The notes: generated by a model not told the origin, from the sequence alone. DNA of 63,139 nucleotides, filler included, from Collodictyon triciliatum (GCA_043381765.1; 29 parts of 29 records of this genome joined end to end with filler, not necessarily neighbours in it), one strand, 5' to 3'. Counted from the first letter of the whole stretch, positions 23,919 to 38,492 are shown. Translations and numbers: made by a program.

Positions 23919-26303
23919 NNNNNNNNNNNNNNNNNNNNNNNNNNNNNNNNNNNNNNNNNNNNTTAATTAATTAANNNNNNNNNNNNNNNNNNNNNNNNNN
24001 NNNNNNNNNNNNNNNNNNGATCGTTTCCCTCCATCTCATCCATCGCTCTCTTCCTCCCTTCTCTCCTCTCTCTTTCTCATAGTTTCATGCCCATGCTCAT
24101 CCTTTCGACCTCTATCTCCTTATACTTTTTCTCATAGCCATTTATTCCTTTATTTTCCATGTTATATTTTATCTTACCCTTTGGTTAATGTAGCTTCGCT
24201 ATTATTGAGTAGTCAGAAATTGTCTAGACTTACCGGTATATTTAAAATGTTAACGTGTTGCTTAATACAGCATCTAGGTTGAGTTCAAACCTGCACCAAA
24301 AATCAAAAAGCCTACAGTTTCAAGATTATCATCAATTTCTGTCCATAGAATCCAATCTAATTAAATTCGATACAGTTTTGTAAAGTCATTCAATATTTTA
24401 ATTTCTATGTATTAATATTACAAATCAATATGACGAAGGGAAAGTCTTGGAAAGGCTATTTTGAGTCTGAAATTCACATTTGTATTATATAACATATTAT
24501 GTATACCACAACATAAATGATTATTGTTTAAAAATCAAGGAAAATAGCATGGCGTGGATATATAAACCAAATCAAATTATCCTTGAAAGAATAATTCCAA
24601 CATACGTCCGTTATAAGTGAACTTCAAGGTCATTGGAAGAGGTAAAATATCCACTGAACAGACATAATATTGTAACGAAATTTGATTAAAAGATACAATA
24701 TATTTTTTTTTGTATAGAAAGAATGATATCTTTAAAGTGGAACCATATTTACTTCAAAATGTTAATAGACAGTATCATAATTTTTTTTGTGTGACTTTAA
24801 ATAGCAGGTAAATATCCGACATTTTAAGTATTCGGTGCCTGCGTGCAAGTAACATTCTCTACTAATTTTACTAAAAGTCATCCTCTTTTGATCAATTTCA
24901 ATCATTTCAACATCAAAGTCATTCCAAAAATATGAGGTAAAACTTTTCTGCACATTATTAAAGGTATCACAGCACGCTGGAAGACAAGAATTAAATAAGC
25001 GCTGTGGAGCTCTGCAAAACCTGTTACTTCTTTTGCACAAGCACCTTTTAATTTCAGGGTATTTAGGATTCTTACCAGTGCATAACCGCCCTTAATCAAA
25101 TTGGAAGGGTGGTATATGATTTATGAAGTATCGTTTTTAGTGAATGTGCTAGATGGTCTCAATGGTTTCAAAGTAGTCTGCTACAGTTCTGTAAACATAT
25201 GAACGAAACCCCGAGGATGCCTCACCTTGATAGTTTAGAAGACGCAATCTCATAAGCGGCCAGTAGATAGGTTCATTTACTGAAACAGATGTAACGGTCA
25301 ATTTCAAATGGATATGTCAAATGTCCGAGACATGAGGCTTTTACATGTTTAGCCATAAGAAAAAGTCTCTTTGGATTTACATGAACAGAAAGTGATATGA
25401 TGAAACCTGAATCAACAAAAAACACTGGATTGTACCATGAAATCCTGAATATTCAGCCATGTCTTGCACATTTATAGGCCATATTGGTCTATTAAATGAA
25501 CTTTCCCCCTAAAGTCACACATTATTTTCATCAATTATGAACAATTAACAAAGTTCATTATTTTGATTGAAAGTTTAAAATTTTAATCAACGACATTGCT
25601 CACCACACAGCCAATGGGCAGATATTTTTAAAGGAAGGGCATATTGTGTCGGTCTATTCTTATGCATCTTACGCACCATGAGTAGTACAGTTGTCAACTG
25701 TAGATATGACATTACTAGAGGCATAATTTATTCACATGCCCTTCGTTGTTTTCGATGTCTTGAAGTGGATTGGTTACGAAAATTCTATGCCAAAGATAAT
25801 GACACGAGTAGGCATTTGGAAAAAAGGTGAGATTTTTATTCAAATTTATTATCTATCTCTTTGAATTCTATTTAAATTTAAGATTTTTTTTGCAATGAAA
25901 TTAAACAAAAGTGGATAGAGCAAAAAAAACCTTTGCAAACGTCGAGTTAAGCAAAATGATAGAAAATTCGTTTTTCATCAGATACAATTGACGGTCAACA
26001 ATAATACAATCTCCATCAAGTACAATTGTCCCGGAAACGAAAATTGGAAGGATGAAGCCTTTCATATTGAATTTCCAGCCCCACAAAGGCAGTGAATTTN
26101 NNNNNNNNNNNNNNNNNNNNNNNNNNNNNNNNNNNNNNNNNNNTTAATTAATTAANNNNNNNNNNNNNNNNNNNNNNNNNNNNNNNNNNNNNNNNNNNNT
26201 CCTCCTCCTCCTCCTCCTCCTCCTCCTCCTCCTCCTCCCCCTCCTCCTCCCGTCCAGGAAAAAAAAAACGCTATATCAAGTAACATGGCTTGTATTGTGA
26301 TAG

Positions 26304-27005
26304 GAGGAAGAAGTGGAAGCCTCATGATGAGCTCATCTGATAATCGTTTGGTTGTTAAGTCCATGACCGCAGACGAGAGCAAACTGCTAAGAGAAATGAT
26401 TCGTGACTATTATCAAGTAAAATTTGGCCATACTATTCAATTTTAAAACGATTTATTTAATTTCATCCCTTTCACATTTATGTGAAAAAAAAAATGAACA
26501 CTCTATTTATTCAGAGAACTATTAATTATAGCTTGTTTGGCGGGGAGAAAATCCATTTTTAGTTATATTTAACTGTTTAACTCTATAGCACATGACAGAT
26601 TATCCAAACACGCTCATTATCCGTTTTCTGGGTATTTTCAGCTTCAAGTACTCACAACAGCAACGCATACATTTTGTTGTGATGGAAAATATTATGCACA
26701 CCAATTTACACATACAAGAAAAGTAAGTAGTTTATACAATATCGGTGAATACTTCCTGATATATATATATAGTATAATATAGGTACATGTTTCTGTCACA
26801 GAGCATAAATACTCAATTTTTTCTCTTCCTTTCAATCCTTTTTTCCATAAAAACGTAACATTATCAATGTAATAAGGTATGACTTGAAGGGCTCTCGTGT
26901 TGGCCGTTTAACAAAAACCGATGACGACTCTGTCTCTGGGGCAATTTTGAAAGTACTTTAAGCTATTCGATAAAGTTTATCATCGCAATTTCAACCAATT
27001 ATGCA

Positions 27006-27100
<95 letters not shown>

Positions 27101-28160
27101 TCATTCCTCCCTTCATTTATTTGTTTGTTTATTTGTTTATTTCCTTTCTTACTTATATTTGTTCTAATTTGTTCAAATAACTTGATTTCTAATTAATTTG
27201 CCGACATCACTTAACATCTGTGTATTTAAGATTTTGTTTTTGTTTATTTTTACCATCTGCGTTAATATAATACCATCTTACCATAAATAAGGACATGAAT
27301 GTCAAGGACAATTTCCATTTTGGCCCAGAGGGAAGACAAGTGTTTTTGACACAAATTAGCGCTGATACTGATGTAATACAATATATATGTTGATATCTTT
27401 TGATTTTTTGGTTAATCGAATAAAGGAAAAAAAATCTTTTAATTTTTGGATTTTTTTTTGTTAGCAACAAAGTTTATTTATTACAATAAATCTGTTTGTT
27501 TTTTGTGTCAAAAAGTAAAGGAACTACACTTAACACCGACTTCAAAATAGTTTCTGCTTCACTACCAAATCATGGATTACAGTCTGTTGTTAGGAGTGCA
27601 TTCCGTCCCCATTTATGAAGGTGTCGAAGAGACTACAGATATTGGTGAAACAAATGCAGATTATTCTCGCACCTTGGGTGGGGTTCAAGTTACCAGACTT
27701 ATATTTTAAATGATAACAGATATACATATGAAATCTTCATTATGATGCCCATCCCTAAGGTAATATACTCCTGTAGATTCTCCATCCAGCAAAGCACTTC
27801 GGTTAGATACACTTTCTTCGCTCCAGAAGAATTGAGAAAATATTGATATTTCCTTTTAAGCTAAAGCACCTCCTCTTTCCCTCTTTATATATATTACGAC
27901 TTACTTGCCCGCATTCAATATTCTTTAGAGTCAATCCAAAGGGCATGATTTCATTTTTCCGCTCTTATGAGGGTGGGTATCGCGGTTCTATCGTGCCAGT
28001 AAGCTCTGCGGACGAAAATGGAGAGGCAGAAACAAATAGCTATGGCAGGAAACTCGTTGCTCATCAGCATATATATTACTTTGGAATCATCGACATTCTG
28101 CAACAGTATAATCTGAGAAAACAAATGGAATATTCTCTCAAAGGACTTATTTATGAAAAG
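26304..28160 (+). CDS. PIP5K: Phosphatidylinositol-4-phosphate 5-kinase catalytic domain, partial
   Basis: GRSGSLMMSSSDNRLVVKSM; PNTLIIRFLG...FVVMENI; YDLKGS; IMDYSLLLGVH; YYFGIIDILQQYNLRKQME. Confidence 0.93.
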
Positions 28161-28380
28161 GTGGTGTACACTTAACAGACCGTCGTATTCACTTGGAACA
28201 TTATGTGATTTTTGTTTGTTTTTTTGCTTGTTTTTTTTTTTTTTTTGTTTGTTTGTTTTTTTCTTTTTAACTTTTTTTTTNNNNNNNNNNNNNNNNNNNN
28301 NNNNNNNNNNNNNNNNNNNNNNNNTTAATTAATTAANNNNNNNNNNNNNNNNNNNNNNNNNNNNNNNNNNNNNNNNNNNN

Positions 28381-30263
28381 TTTGTCGAGTCGTATACGCG
28401 GATGTGATGACTTCCGTATTCACTCACCACGATTGTGTTGTTTGGACCTTCTGCAATCGAAACATGATGCGGCACTTCGTTAATCTTCACCGTGCGCAGA
28501 AATCCTCCCATCGCATCATATACGTTGATTTTGTCTCCGCCGCATCCAATCACACACACTTCGTTCTTTGAAGTCACACAAATGCCTTCGGGATTCGCGA
28601 TTCCTTTTTCTTGCAAAGTTGACTCTGCAAACGAGCGTTCATACTCAAACGCCCGGTTGAACTTCTCCACTTGATTCTTGCCATAGTTTGCAACATAAAG
28701 ATTGCCTTCGCTGTCAAAGCACATATTATATGGATAAGTGAATCCCCCAAAGTCGCTCGATGCTGTGCTTTGTGCGCTTCTTTTGCGGCCCGATTGGATT
28801 GTCTCAATCACATTGAAGTTGTCATCAAAGATTTGCACACGATATTTTCCACTGTATTCACCAACAGCGATGCGCCCATCAAGTGAAATAGCGATTCCGA
28901 TTGGATTATTGAATTGACCGGGGCCTGAACCATTCGTGCCGAACGTGCGATAAAAGCTCAAATCCTCGTTTAACACTTGAACACGATGGTTGCTGTATTC
29001 GACAACGAATATCTGCTTTGTCTTTGGATGCACAGCGATTCCCCACGGATTAGAAAACTGCTGATTTCCACTTCCCTGTGACCCGACCTTCTTCTGAAAA
29101 ACATAGTCTCTGATGCTGTGTCTCCACGCCTTCTGGTACAAGTCCACACCCATTCTCTTCTTCTCTTCCTCCTCCTTTGCAATCCGCTCCTTCTCCACAC
29201 GGTACTCTTCCACTATGCCTTCCAACTCTCTCATCTGCTCCTCTCTGTCCTTCATGCGTCTCTGCCACTCCGCGTTTTCCCTTCGAAGCTCTTCCAACTC
29301 CGTTTCGCACTTTGCGTGGATTTCCTTCGTCGTCTGTGCTCCGCTTTCTCCAATCACCACATCGCCCCCGACCTCCATGCTTGCTGCAAGCTGCTGCACA
29401 TCCACATCCACATCCACAATCTCCAACTCTTCCTTCTCTGCTTCCGTCTGAATGGCTGTCCGTGCAAACATTGCGCTCTTGAAAAGCTTGCTCACAATGC
29501 CGCTGTGCTCGTAGACTTCTTTCGACTCCTTCAGCATCGCGATTGAGTGCTTCAGAACCATCTCTGCTGCCTCCACTTTGTGCTGCGTGTACTTGACTCG
29601 GTCGCTTGCTGGCTGTAGTGTTGTCTTGACCTGAATTGATTGTTTTTTTTACTCATACTCATACATACAGAGAACATCATAGCATGCAAATGAGATGATT
29701 TTCTGATTGATAGATGCGTGAGAATGTGTGTATAATCTTGTGATTACCGTTTGCTTCAGCTTCTCTCTCAGCTCTCCCGCCTTTTTCACGATGTCGTCGT
29801 ACAGATTGTCGATCTTTGAGTTCTGCTCGTGCTCCTCGTGATTAAGCTGTGTCGTTGATGCGATTGAGAGGAATGATTGGAAAAGAAATGATTGGAAAGA
29901 AATGATGGAGTCCGTTTGTGGAGCACATCTTCTTTGAAACAAATGAAGCTATATGAATTGCAAACAATGATGCACCTTTTTCATTTTGGTGTCGACTTTC
30001 GCCTTGATTTCGGTGATTGAGTTTATCTTCCTCTCCGCCATTTCGATCAGCTCGTCTTCCTTGATTGATGAGTAATCGATACTCTCGACTTCAATGTAAT
30101 CGTGTGTTTTAGTGGTTTTTAAATCCTCAAAACCACAATGTGCGCACATTTCAGTGATGGGCCAACATTGTTTGCAGACCGAAATGATTGAAAGCTCATG
30201 TAGAATACATTTGCGCATGTTGACTGTGTGTTTAGCCCCAGCTTCAAGCAGCGTACTATTCAT
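28381..30263 (-). CDS. B-box-like/coiled-coil/NHL-repeat (TRIM-NHL-like, no RING) protein, 3' partial
   Basis: N-terminal CxxH...CxxC...CxxC...H pattern, then coiled-coil exons, then NHL repeats (GSGNQQFSNPWGIAV...VVEYSNHRVQV; GPGQFNNPIGIAIS; FTYPYNMCFDSEGNLYVANYG). Confidence 0.85.
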
Positions 30264-30560
30264 GGGAGGAAAAAGTCAAGGTAAATCAGAAATGAACATA
30301 AATCAATACAAAAGAGAAAGAGAAAGAGAAGATAACCACAATACGAAATACAAGAGAATAGAGAAAAAGAAGAAAAGAAGAAAAGAAGAAAAGAAGAAAA
30401 GAAGAAAAGAAGAAAAGAAGAAAAGAAGAAAAGAAGAAAAGAAGAAAAGAAGAAAAGAAGNNNNNNNNNNNNNNNNNNNNNNNNNNNNNNNNNNNNNNNN
30501 NNNNTTAATTAATTAANNNNNNNNNNNNNNNNNNNNNNNNNNNNNNNNNNNNNNNNNNNN

Positions 30561-31310
30561 GCAAACAGCACAAGTCGAATCCAAGCTTGGAACTTCACAC
30601 ACCAAAGACAGTCCGAGCAAGCAGGAGCGTATGTTTCTAAAACCACAAACGCGTATCCAAACTCCGGTTAAGCAAAGTCCACTGCCGGCTACGCATGGTT
30701 CCGAAACCAGGGGACGGTCAAGCGCCACTTCCATGAATACCAGACAAACAACGATGTATCGCTTTTTGTCTGAGTCGCCCAGCAAGAAATGCAAGTAAAG
30801 TGACCCGTTGTCCCCTCAAAAAACTCATCCAATGGAATGAAATAGGATATAACACCTTGTCTGAGATAGATGGTTGAATGGACTCTTCGGAATCGATTTG
30901 AGAAGTAACTGCCATGTGCGTACTTTCATCGACCCGACAACTCTATCCGCTCTTCTATCAGTCTCGAATACAACCAGAAACCGCGTTGGAGCTGATTTAC
31001 CTTGTGTAGAATAGTCTGCGTGTGAGAACACTTTCTCTCCTCTATCTTTTTTTTCTCCTTTTCTTTTTCTTTCGCCCCAAAGCACAAAATCTCCAACCAC
31101 ACAATCCGGGGTTTTCCACTGTCTTGTCCACAGCTCATTTTTGTCCTAGAGGCGAAGGCGATTTCCTCGGCTTTGTTTTCTCCATAAACTGTTGGAAAGA
31201 AATCGAAAAAAACTTTCAAAAGTACTCACCAAAATCGGTTTGTTTATTGGATTACAGGTCGATTGCTTAGGCCAAACAACCGATGTGAACATTTATTTAC
31301 TACAGAGTGG
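30561..31310 (+). mobile_element. Non-LTR retrotransposon family B, copy 2: ORF1 3' end, T-rich spacer, degenerate APE-like remnant
   Basis: 30561-31040 is closely similar to about 58247-58725. The downstream fragments KISNHTIRGF, QLIFVLEAK and GLFIGLQVDCLGQTTDVNIY resemble APE N-terminal motifs. Confidence 0.65.
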
Positions 31311-31455
31311 TGTATTGTAGATGCCTCTGTATTAAACAGTGCATCCTTAAAAATTTGCAGAAGACCTTGAATTTTATTCAAGAAAACTAAAATACCTGGT
31401 TGTCAAGACACAAGATTTAGACTTTGGTTTTTATTCATGTATGAGTATCATTTAG

Positions 31456-32520
31456 TTAATTGTAAACGCTGCTGGATGCTGATCTGGACGAAAGTTTGTC
31501 AATTGAGTTCCACATCGAGGACAGAACCTTCCGTAAGAAACCCTGGTGGCATTCATCATTTTTTAGAGGAAGAAAATCAGAATCAAAAACAAAACAAAAC
31601 AAAAAAGGAAAGAGAAAAGAAAAAGCAAGAGAACGCCATATTCCTTCACGAAATTGTAAATGGAATAAAAAGCTATAGCTAACCTTAGTTGGCAGTTTCC
31701 GCAAAACACTGGGGTGAAAAGGTGCTGAATGAGAACCATTCTCTTATAGCTGACCCATGCGTGAACTACCATCAAAAACTGAACGATGAACACAACCAGC
31801 AATAAACTCCATCCACTCCCTGAAAATGTGATTCCTTTCAAATCCTTCAACCATACATCATTCTCATCCGTGGTGAAATTTGCTGGTGATACGTTTATTA
31901 AAGATTAAAATGATAAATTTAGCCGTATGTTAGATATAACACAAAAATTAAAATGAGGTGGTGGACATAAATCAATTATATTTTTATAATGCATTTGCGT
32001 AGTTAAGAAACAAAGATAAACTGCTTGATGAACAGCCAACTTTTGATAGCCAAGCCGGCAGCTTACCCTCAATTGTGATTTTCTCTGCGTTAATCCCGAG
32101 CAATAGACTTGCGTCTTCTAAAGTATACATATCCGCAACCACTACCACATTTAAATATGCAAATATCCGTTTAATAGTTCTGCAATGGAAGACACTATTT
32201 TTCTTCTTTTTTTTCCCCAATAAGTATTAAAATAATCAGACATCGTGTTGTAGTGTTGAGGTTCTTCATGCGCTTCTTTCAATTCTGTCTGAAAACATGA
32301 TAAGATGACGAATGAGAGGAAATGAATGCATATAATGGCAAACCCCCGAAGGTACCATTGAGCGCGATGGCAATAGTGTCGTTGATCCTGGAGTCATTTG
32401 CTGCGGTGAAATGCTTAACCCGACCCATACTCGAAGGACCGTCTGATTTATCATCATCACCAGTTCGTTCAAGTGATGGAAATAACAGTTGGCTGCACAA
32501 CAATACTCCAAGTGTTATTC
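31456..32520 (-). CDS. Hypothetical spliced protein, C-terminal exons with one transmembrane segment
   Basis: GT-AG-bounded coding blocks ([13 protein letters not shown]...[17 protein letters not shown]...; [31 protein letters not shown]...*); family not recognised. Confidence 0.45.
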
Positions 32521-32977
32521 TCTAATCGCTTAATTTGAGATAATGATAATGATAATGATAATGATAATGATAATGATAATGATAATGATAATGATAATGA
32601 TAATGATAATGATAATGATAATGATAATGATAATGATAATNNNNNNNNNNNNNNNNNNNNNNNNNNNNNNNNNNNNNNNNNNNNTTAATTAATTAANNNN
32701 NNNNNNNNNNNNNNNNNNNNNNNNNNNNNNNNNNNNNNNNAGTGATGAATGAAATTACTATGTAACTAGGTCAGTCAAATATCTGCCCCCATCTCTATGC
32801 ATTGGAGCCAGTATAAAGTACGTAACAATTACTGAAAACGCAGTCGATTTTTTTTTTTTTATGGGCGCTGGTATCTTTTCTTCGACTTTTGTGTGAATTT
32901 CGTCATAATATACCGTTCTTTTTGTTGCCTAAGAAAAAAAATGACACTGACAAAATACACCATATTTTAAGCTGCAA

Positions 32978-33391
32978 ATGCCCCCGCCTCAGTCTATCAA
33001 ACAGCTAATCCGAGAACGTAAACATGAGCAACTAAGAAAAGAGCACTCCGAATTCAATCGCCTTGTTCGGCTGGATACTATGAAATGTAAGACGAGATTG
33101 TTCCCTCCTTCTTTGTATCAGATATGGCTCTCTCCTTACGAAAATTTAAAGTATAAATAAGTATTGTACCTATTTAAACCTCAGTAAGGAACGAAACTGG
33201 AAGAGGCTTTTCAGCGTGGAGAATATTTTGCCAGAAAAAAGGCATGGAATTCGTTCACAAAGCCGCCTGCATCGTCAAAGACGAAGCTATCAGGTGCGGA
33301 TGACCTCCATGAGAAGCCGGAGACACAGTTTACATTACAAGAGGAGATGATGCAATTGGAAGAGTTCCGTCAGAAGAACGGGCTGTATTGA
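32978..33391 (+). CDS. Small hypothetical two-exon protein (splice phase unresolved)
   Basis: ATG exon MPPPQSIKQLIRERKHEQLRKEH with a GTAAG donor, and a downstream open frame KLEEAFQRGEYF...QKNGLY*; a clean in-frame junction could not be found. Confidence 0.35.
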
Positions 33392-33871
33392 TGGATTCGT
33401 TCCGCAAGGATTGAACGGGTACTTTGAGGCCCTTCCTTTCATTTCGTGTTGTGCCCCCACCAGAGTGCTTTGATATGATTTTGTATTCTACTTGAGATCA
33501 TCTGTCAGATGCCCATTCCTCCATCGCCCTCTTGTAATCAAAAGTCAGTTCCCTTGCCATCAATCTGGTTACTCAGGAAAACAAAACAACATCATCATCA
33601 ACAGCTTCTATACCACATGCCGCCTACTTTTATACTTTTCATTCTACAACTATTTAATAAATCGAAGGAGATACCAATAATCAAGGGACCGAGAATGAAA
33701 AATGTCCAAGAAAGATATATGCAAATAAATGATAGATGAACAAACATATATGTGGGACACATGTAAAAGACAGAGACAAATGAAACGCAGCAACGGTTTG
33801 CCAAATAACCATCTCTCCTCATCCATTCTGTCATGGTTTATTTATCGACTCGAAAGTTATTCTTGTGTCTC

Positions 33872-34418
33872 CTACACGGATGATTGAATCTCTCCTGATA
33901 ATCCATTCGATACCGCGATGATGAAGCGTCGGACATCACGCCATTCTTTCATAGGAATGCGAGAAGACACCTCCAAACTCACACCGTCACGCATCTGCAA
34001 GGTTGTGGAATGCAGCATCCAGGATAAAAACATGAACATCACTACAACAGCTAGAGAAAGTGCACAATGGATAGAACGGGGCACACTTACATGTCTGGAG
34101 TAGTATCTTGACCAGAAGCCAAGAAGTTCGACCAAATTGGTGAGAGACTTGTTTGGCGTTCCATTCATGAGGTCGGTTTGATGAAGAGTCTATATCAAAA
34201 TTAAAATATACTTGTTACACTTTCGACAGGATGTAGTGCGGGCGCTGAGACTGAATACTGTCTATAATTGCATTTCTCTCGCCCACTCACTTTCTCTTAC
34301 TTTGGTGGGTACATATGAACATGGTTGAAATTTCTACTTACATTCAGCAGAATCTTTCCCTCATTCCTTCGCTCCGCAAGTATAACCATGATAAGTGATG
34401 TGTTCAGACAACATATAT
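33872..34418 (-). CDS. TRPC4AP: TRPC4AP/TRUSS homolog, C-terminal exons
   Basis: NICCLNTSLIMVILAERR and LTNLVELLGFWSRYYSRH|MRDGVSLEVSSRIPMKEW match the recalled TRPC4AP C-terminus (NVSCLNTSLVILMLARR; LLRFWQQHY...LENSSCISFSYW). Confidence 0.8.
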
Positions 34419-35038
34419 CTAATGAGGATATACGTATATTTGACTGAAGAGGGAATTCATAATGAATATTATTCGAATAGCAGTTAATTGATCGACCGAA
34501 TTAGATATATATATATATATGAAAAACTAACTATCTTGGCTGATTTTATCAACATTGATCGAATTCACAAGATTATATAATGTGCGTGCGCGGTTGCGGT
34601 AGTAGAATTTGATAATCTAAAGATAATATATGTTGCGTTATGTCAGGTACCATGTTATTTGGTGGGTGATGGAGACAGAAACAGGTATGGGACAATCCAA
34701 ACCCAAATGAAACCGAATCATAAAAACAAATAATAAAAACAAATAATAAAAACAAATAATAAAAACAAATAATAAAAACAAATAATAAAAACAAATAATA
34801 AAAACAAATAATAAAAACAAAACAANNNNNNNNNNNNNNNNNNNNNNNNNNNNNNNNNNNNNNNNNNNNTTAATTAATTAANNNNNNNNNNNNNNNNNNN
34901 NNNNNNNNNNNNNNNNNNNNNNNNNCAAAGCAAAACAAAACAAAACAAAACAAAACAAAACAAAACAAAACAAAACAAAACAAAACAAAACAAAACAAAA
35001 CAAAACAAAACAAAACAAAACAAAACAAAACAAAACAG

Positions 35039-36074
35039 GTCATTCTCCAGGGGCGAGCATGCAATCTTTACTTCGACATCGAGTTTTACAAACAATTCAA
35101 CCCAGTTACTAATGGAGAGACATTAGTGACTATATTGCTGGACAAGATATTTGACTACATTTCTGTTATGTTATCGATGAGAATTAGCATGGACGATGTG
35201 ATTGACTTAGAGTCTCCCTCTGATGATAAATTTTCTCGCCATATTATTGTCAGAATTCCAGGATATATGTTTCTTGACAACCATCACGTAGGAGTATTTG
35301 TCCATAATTTTATTCAATTTCTTGAGAAAGAGAGAGAATATGACTACCAAATCGATGAACTGTTTGTATATGCTGATTCGACGAATACAGAAAAGAAGAA
35401 GCTTATTATTGACACATCAGTTTACTCCAAAAACCAATTATTCCGTATTATATTCTCATCAAAGAGGGGAAAGAATTCATACTTGATTCCATCAAGACGA
35501 TGTAATATTAATTCGAACCGCAAGACTATGTTCCTGGAGAGTCTGGTTACTTACCCTGCAAAAGAGGGATTTAAAATCATCCAAATCCCTGACGTGCCAC
35601 CGTACGGAAAAAAGGATTGTGATTCAAGGAAATTTAATCCCCCTAACACAAGCGAACCTTTATTATTTCAGATTCAAAAGGTGAATACCCGTGCCGAGTC
35701 AACCTGCCATTTTTTCTTCTTTCAAACCCATGTTTATCAGTGAATCAAAATCGAGTACAATAGTTTTGAGTTTATATGTTTAAGTGTAAGCCGGTTCAAA
35801 CACCCTTGCCATCATTTTTTTCTAACTCCTCTTCAAGATGCTCGTCACTCTTCACGCCAACTCAAACACCCAATTTATATAGTTTGTTGAAGAGGCATTT
35901 TTCTGCGAGTCGAAAACAGCCAGAATCGCGTCGTCGAAATACTTTCAAGACACATGCACTATCGTCTTTCAGATAAACAAAAGCTACCGATGGTGTGGAA
36001 ATATACAACGGGAGCACAAGTCCAACAGCATTATGATTGTTGTTGCCCTTAGGCTAGGACAGGCCTACCAAAAA
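35039..36074 (+). CDS. PRIMPOL: PrimPol (AEP primase-polymerase with UL52-type Zn finger), partial
   Basis: Motif I CNLYFDIEF, motif II KFSRH, motif III IIDTSVYSKNQLFRI, and Zn-finger YRWCGNIQREHKSNSIMIVV. Confidence 0.93.
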
Positions 36075-36639
36075 NNNNNNNNNNNNNNNNNNNNNNNNNN
36101 NNNNNNNNNNNNNNNNNNNNNNNNNNNNNNNNNNNNNNNNNNNNNNNNNNNNNNNNNNNNNNNNNNNNNNNNNNNNNNNNNNNNNNNNNNNNNNNNNNNN
36201 NNNNNNNNNNNNNNNNNNNNNNNNNNNNNNNNNNNNNNNNNNNNNNNNNNNNNNNNNNNNNNNNNNNNNNNNNNNNNNNNNNNNNNNNNNNNNNNNNNNN
36301 NNNNNNNNNNNNNNNNNNNNNNNNNNNNNNNNNNNNNNNNNNNNNNNNNNNNNNNNNNNNNNNNNNNNNNNNNNNNNNNNNNNNNNNNNNNNNNNNNNNN
36401 NNNNNNNNNNNNNNNNNNNNNNNNNNNNNNNNNNNNNNNNNNNTTCTTTTTTCATCGTTCTTTCTTTTTTTAAAATATCGTTTTTTTTTTTTAAAAAAAT
36501 AATAATCATTCTATCATTTCCCCCTTTATTCGATGCAAGGTTCATCATTTTATAATTGTTATCGAAATGATAAACTTTGGGTGAGGACTCTGTTTTTCTG
36601 TTTTTATTTTAATAAGATGCTCTTAATCATAGCTCTGGT

Positions 36640-36920
36640 TTAGAGTCGAGCATTCGGCCCGCTGATCAGCTCAGGTGTGATTAAAGGGGACACTGTGTTG
36701 TCATGCTCGATAGTCAGTTTTGATGCGATGACACCCTTCAGAAGAGATTCTTTGTGTCCGAGTCCCTGCAAGAGGCTGCTGAAAAATGCGCCAGCAAAGG
36801 AGTCTCCCGCACCAACAGTGTTTACAATCTAGTTTATAAAACAGTGAAAGGTTTACAGTCTACTCGCAACTGGTTTGTTCTTACGTTGGCGGATGAGCCT
36901 TGCCAGAGGCACTCAGATAG
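36640..36920 (-). CDS. PfkB/ribokinase-family kinase C-terminus (pseudouridine kinase-like), 5' partial
   Basis: IVNTVGAGDSFAGAFFSSLLQG...ASKLTIEH..TVSP: the PfkB anion-hole signature; TAA stop near 36640. Confidence 0.82.
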
Positions 36921-36928
36921 CTTGAAGA

Positions 36929-37005
<77 letters not shown>

Positions 37006-37105
37006 NNNNNNNNNNNNNNNNNNNNNNNNNNNNNNNNNNNNNNNNNNNNTTAATTAATTAANNNNNNNNNNNNNNNNNNNNNNNNNNNNNNNNNNNNNNN
37101 NNNNN

Positions 37106-38492
37106 TCCCGAAAGTGCTTCATCAAGTTCACCATTGAACACAGAGGAAGCAGTATCAATCGTGGAATGGCTTCAAAGTGGAGGAAACATCGCATGCCTCC
37201 AAGATTTCCAACCTCCTCAAGCCGATGATAGCCCACCAAACTCTCCTTTAAACCACGGAGAAAATGCCGAGGAAAGGGAAACCCAAGCTAACTCGGTAAC
37301 AGAATCGGGAAACATCATAATGGCACCCAGCAAACCACACCCACCAGCCACCTTAGAGGTCATGGCTCCTGGAACCACCCAAGAGACTCTTTCTTCAGCA
37401 AGTACTGCGCAATCCATAACAAACAACGTCCCAGACTCGGGATTGGAAGAACAACATTCCATCCAACCTGTCGTCATCATAGAAGGTTCTACTGGAGAAG
37501 AAAGTGAGCACCTTGAAGCTTCAGGAGCGACAAATTACTCCTCAAGTACTGTTTATGGGAGCAGACCAACTGTCGAAACTCTTGCAACTCCCCAGTGAGA
37601 AACGGCTTCCTATCCAAGAAAAAGAAACGTAGACGAATATAAAACACCGGTTATTCATCCTGACATCACTGGTGCCCAAAAAAATCGAAACAACCGATGA
37701 TAAAGCCTCTCCAGAGGAAAAGAGAGTGAATCAGTCAAGTACACCACCGAATATAGCGAGGCAGAAAGCAAATCAGAATGAAAGTGGAAATATAGTTGGC
37801 CCTGCCTACCGCGTGGATGAGGGAGAAAAATTGAAACCGAGGGGTTACTAGTGACTAACAGAGTGCATCTCCCAACACACCAGCTACAAAGGGGCTACAG
37901 CCAAAAGCCCAAGACCATCCGACAAATCCTGGCCGAACCGCGAGCAATTATAACACCGGCCAAATGAAGGACAAATCGAGTAAACCATCCCACCCTGAGC
38001 AACCCAGCTCCAGCGGAGAGAGCCAACCACCGGAGGCTACGGCCTCCAAAAGCCAATAGATTATTCATGCGTTTTAACGTTCTGTCGTGGAACGTTAGGG
38101 GGATTAACGACCCCCAAAAACGAAAAGAGGCCCTAAACACTGCTCTTTTCTCCCACGCAGACATCATTTACCTCCAAGAAACATGGCTCAGCCTTGAAAA
38201 TCTAACCAACAATGAAATATGGAAACGTCCACAAACGTGGTCATGTGACGATAATCAACAGAGACATGCAGGTGTAGCGATTTTATGCAAGAAATGGATA
38301 GCCAAACTCAATCCTCGCTTCAGAGAGATTATTCCCGGCCACTGCAAAAGTCTCGATATCCAAATCGATGGAGCTGACACCGGTATAATGGCAACATACA
38401 TGTCGCTCCAAACAGCAAGTTCAAATACTAGAATACACGAGTATGGGCTTATCTCTAAGGAGATGGAGTCTGCGAAACATATCATCATCTGC
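37106..38492 (+). mobile_element. Non-LTR retrotransposon family A copy 2: ORF1 with stops/frameshifts, APE truncated
   Basis: Colinear with about 15945-17330; ORF2 begins at 38067 (MRFNVLSWNVRGIN...LQET); similarity ends at IIIC just before GDFN. Confidence 0.9.

Noticed and set aside
24019-26099. Short ORFs in this contig and in 43645-45723
   Set aside because: No recognisable motifs or consistent exon structure; probably intergenic or heavily eroded sequence.
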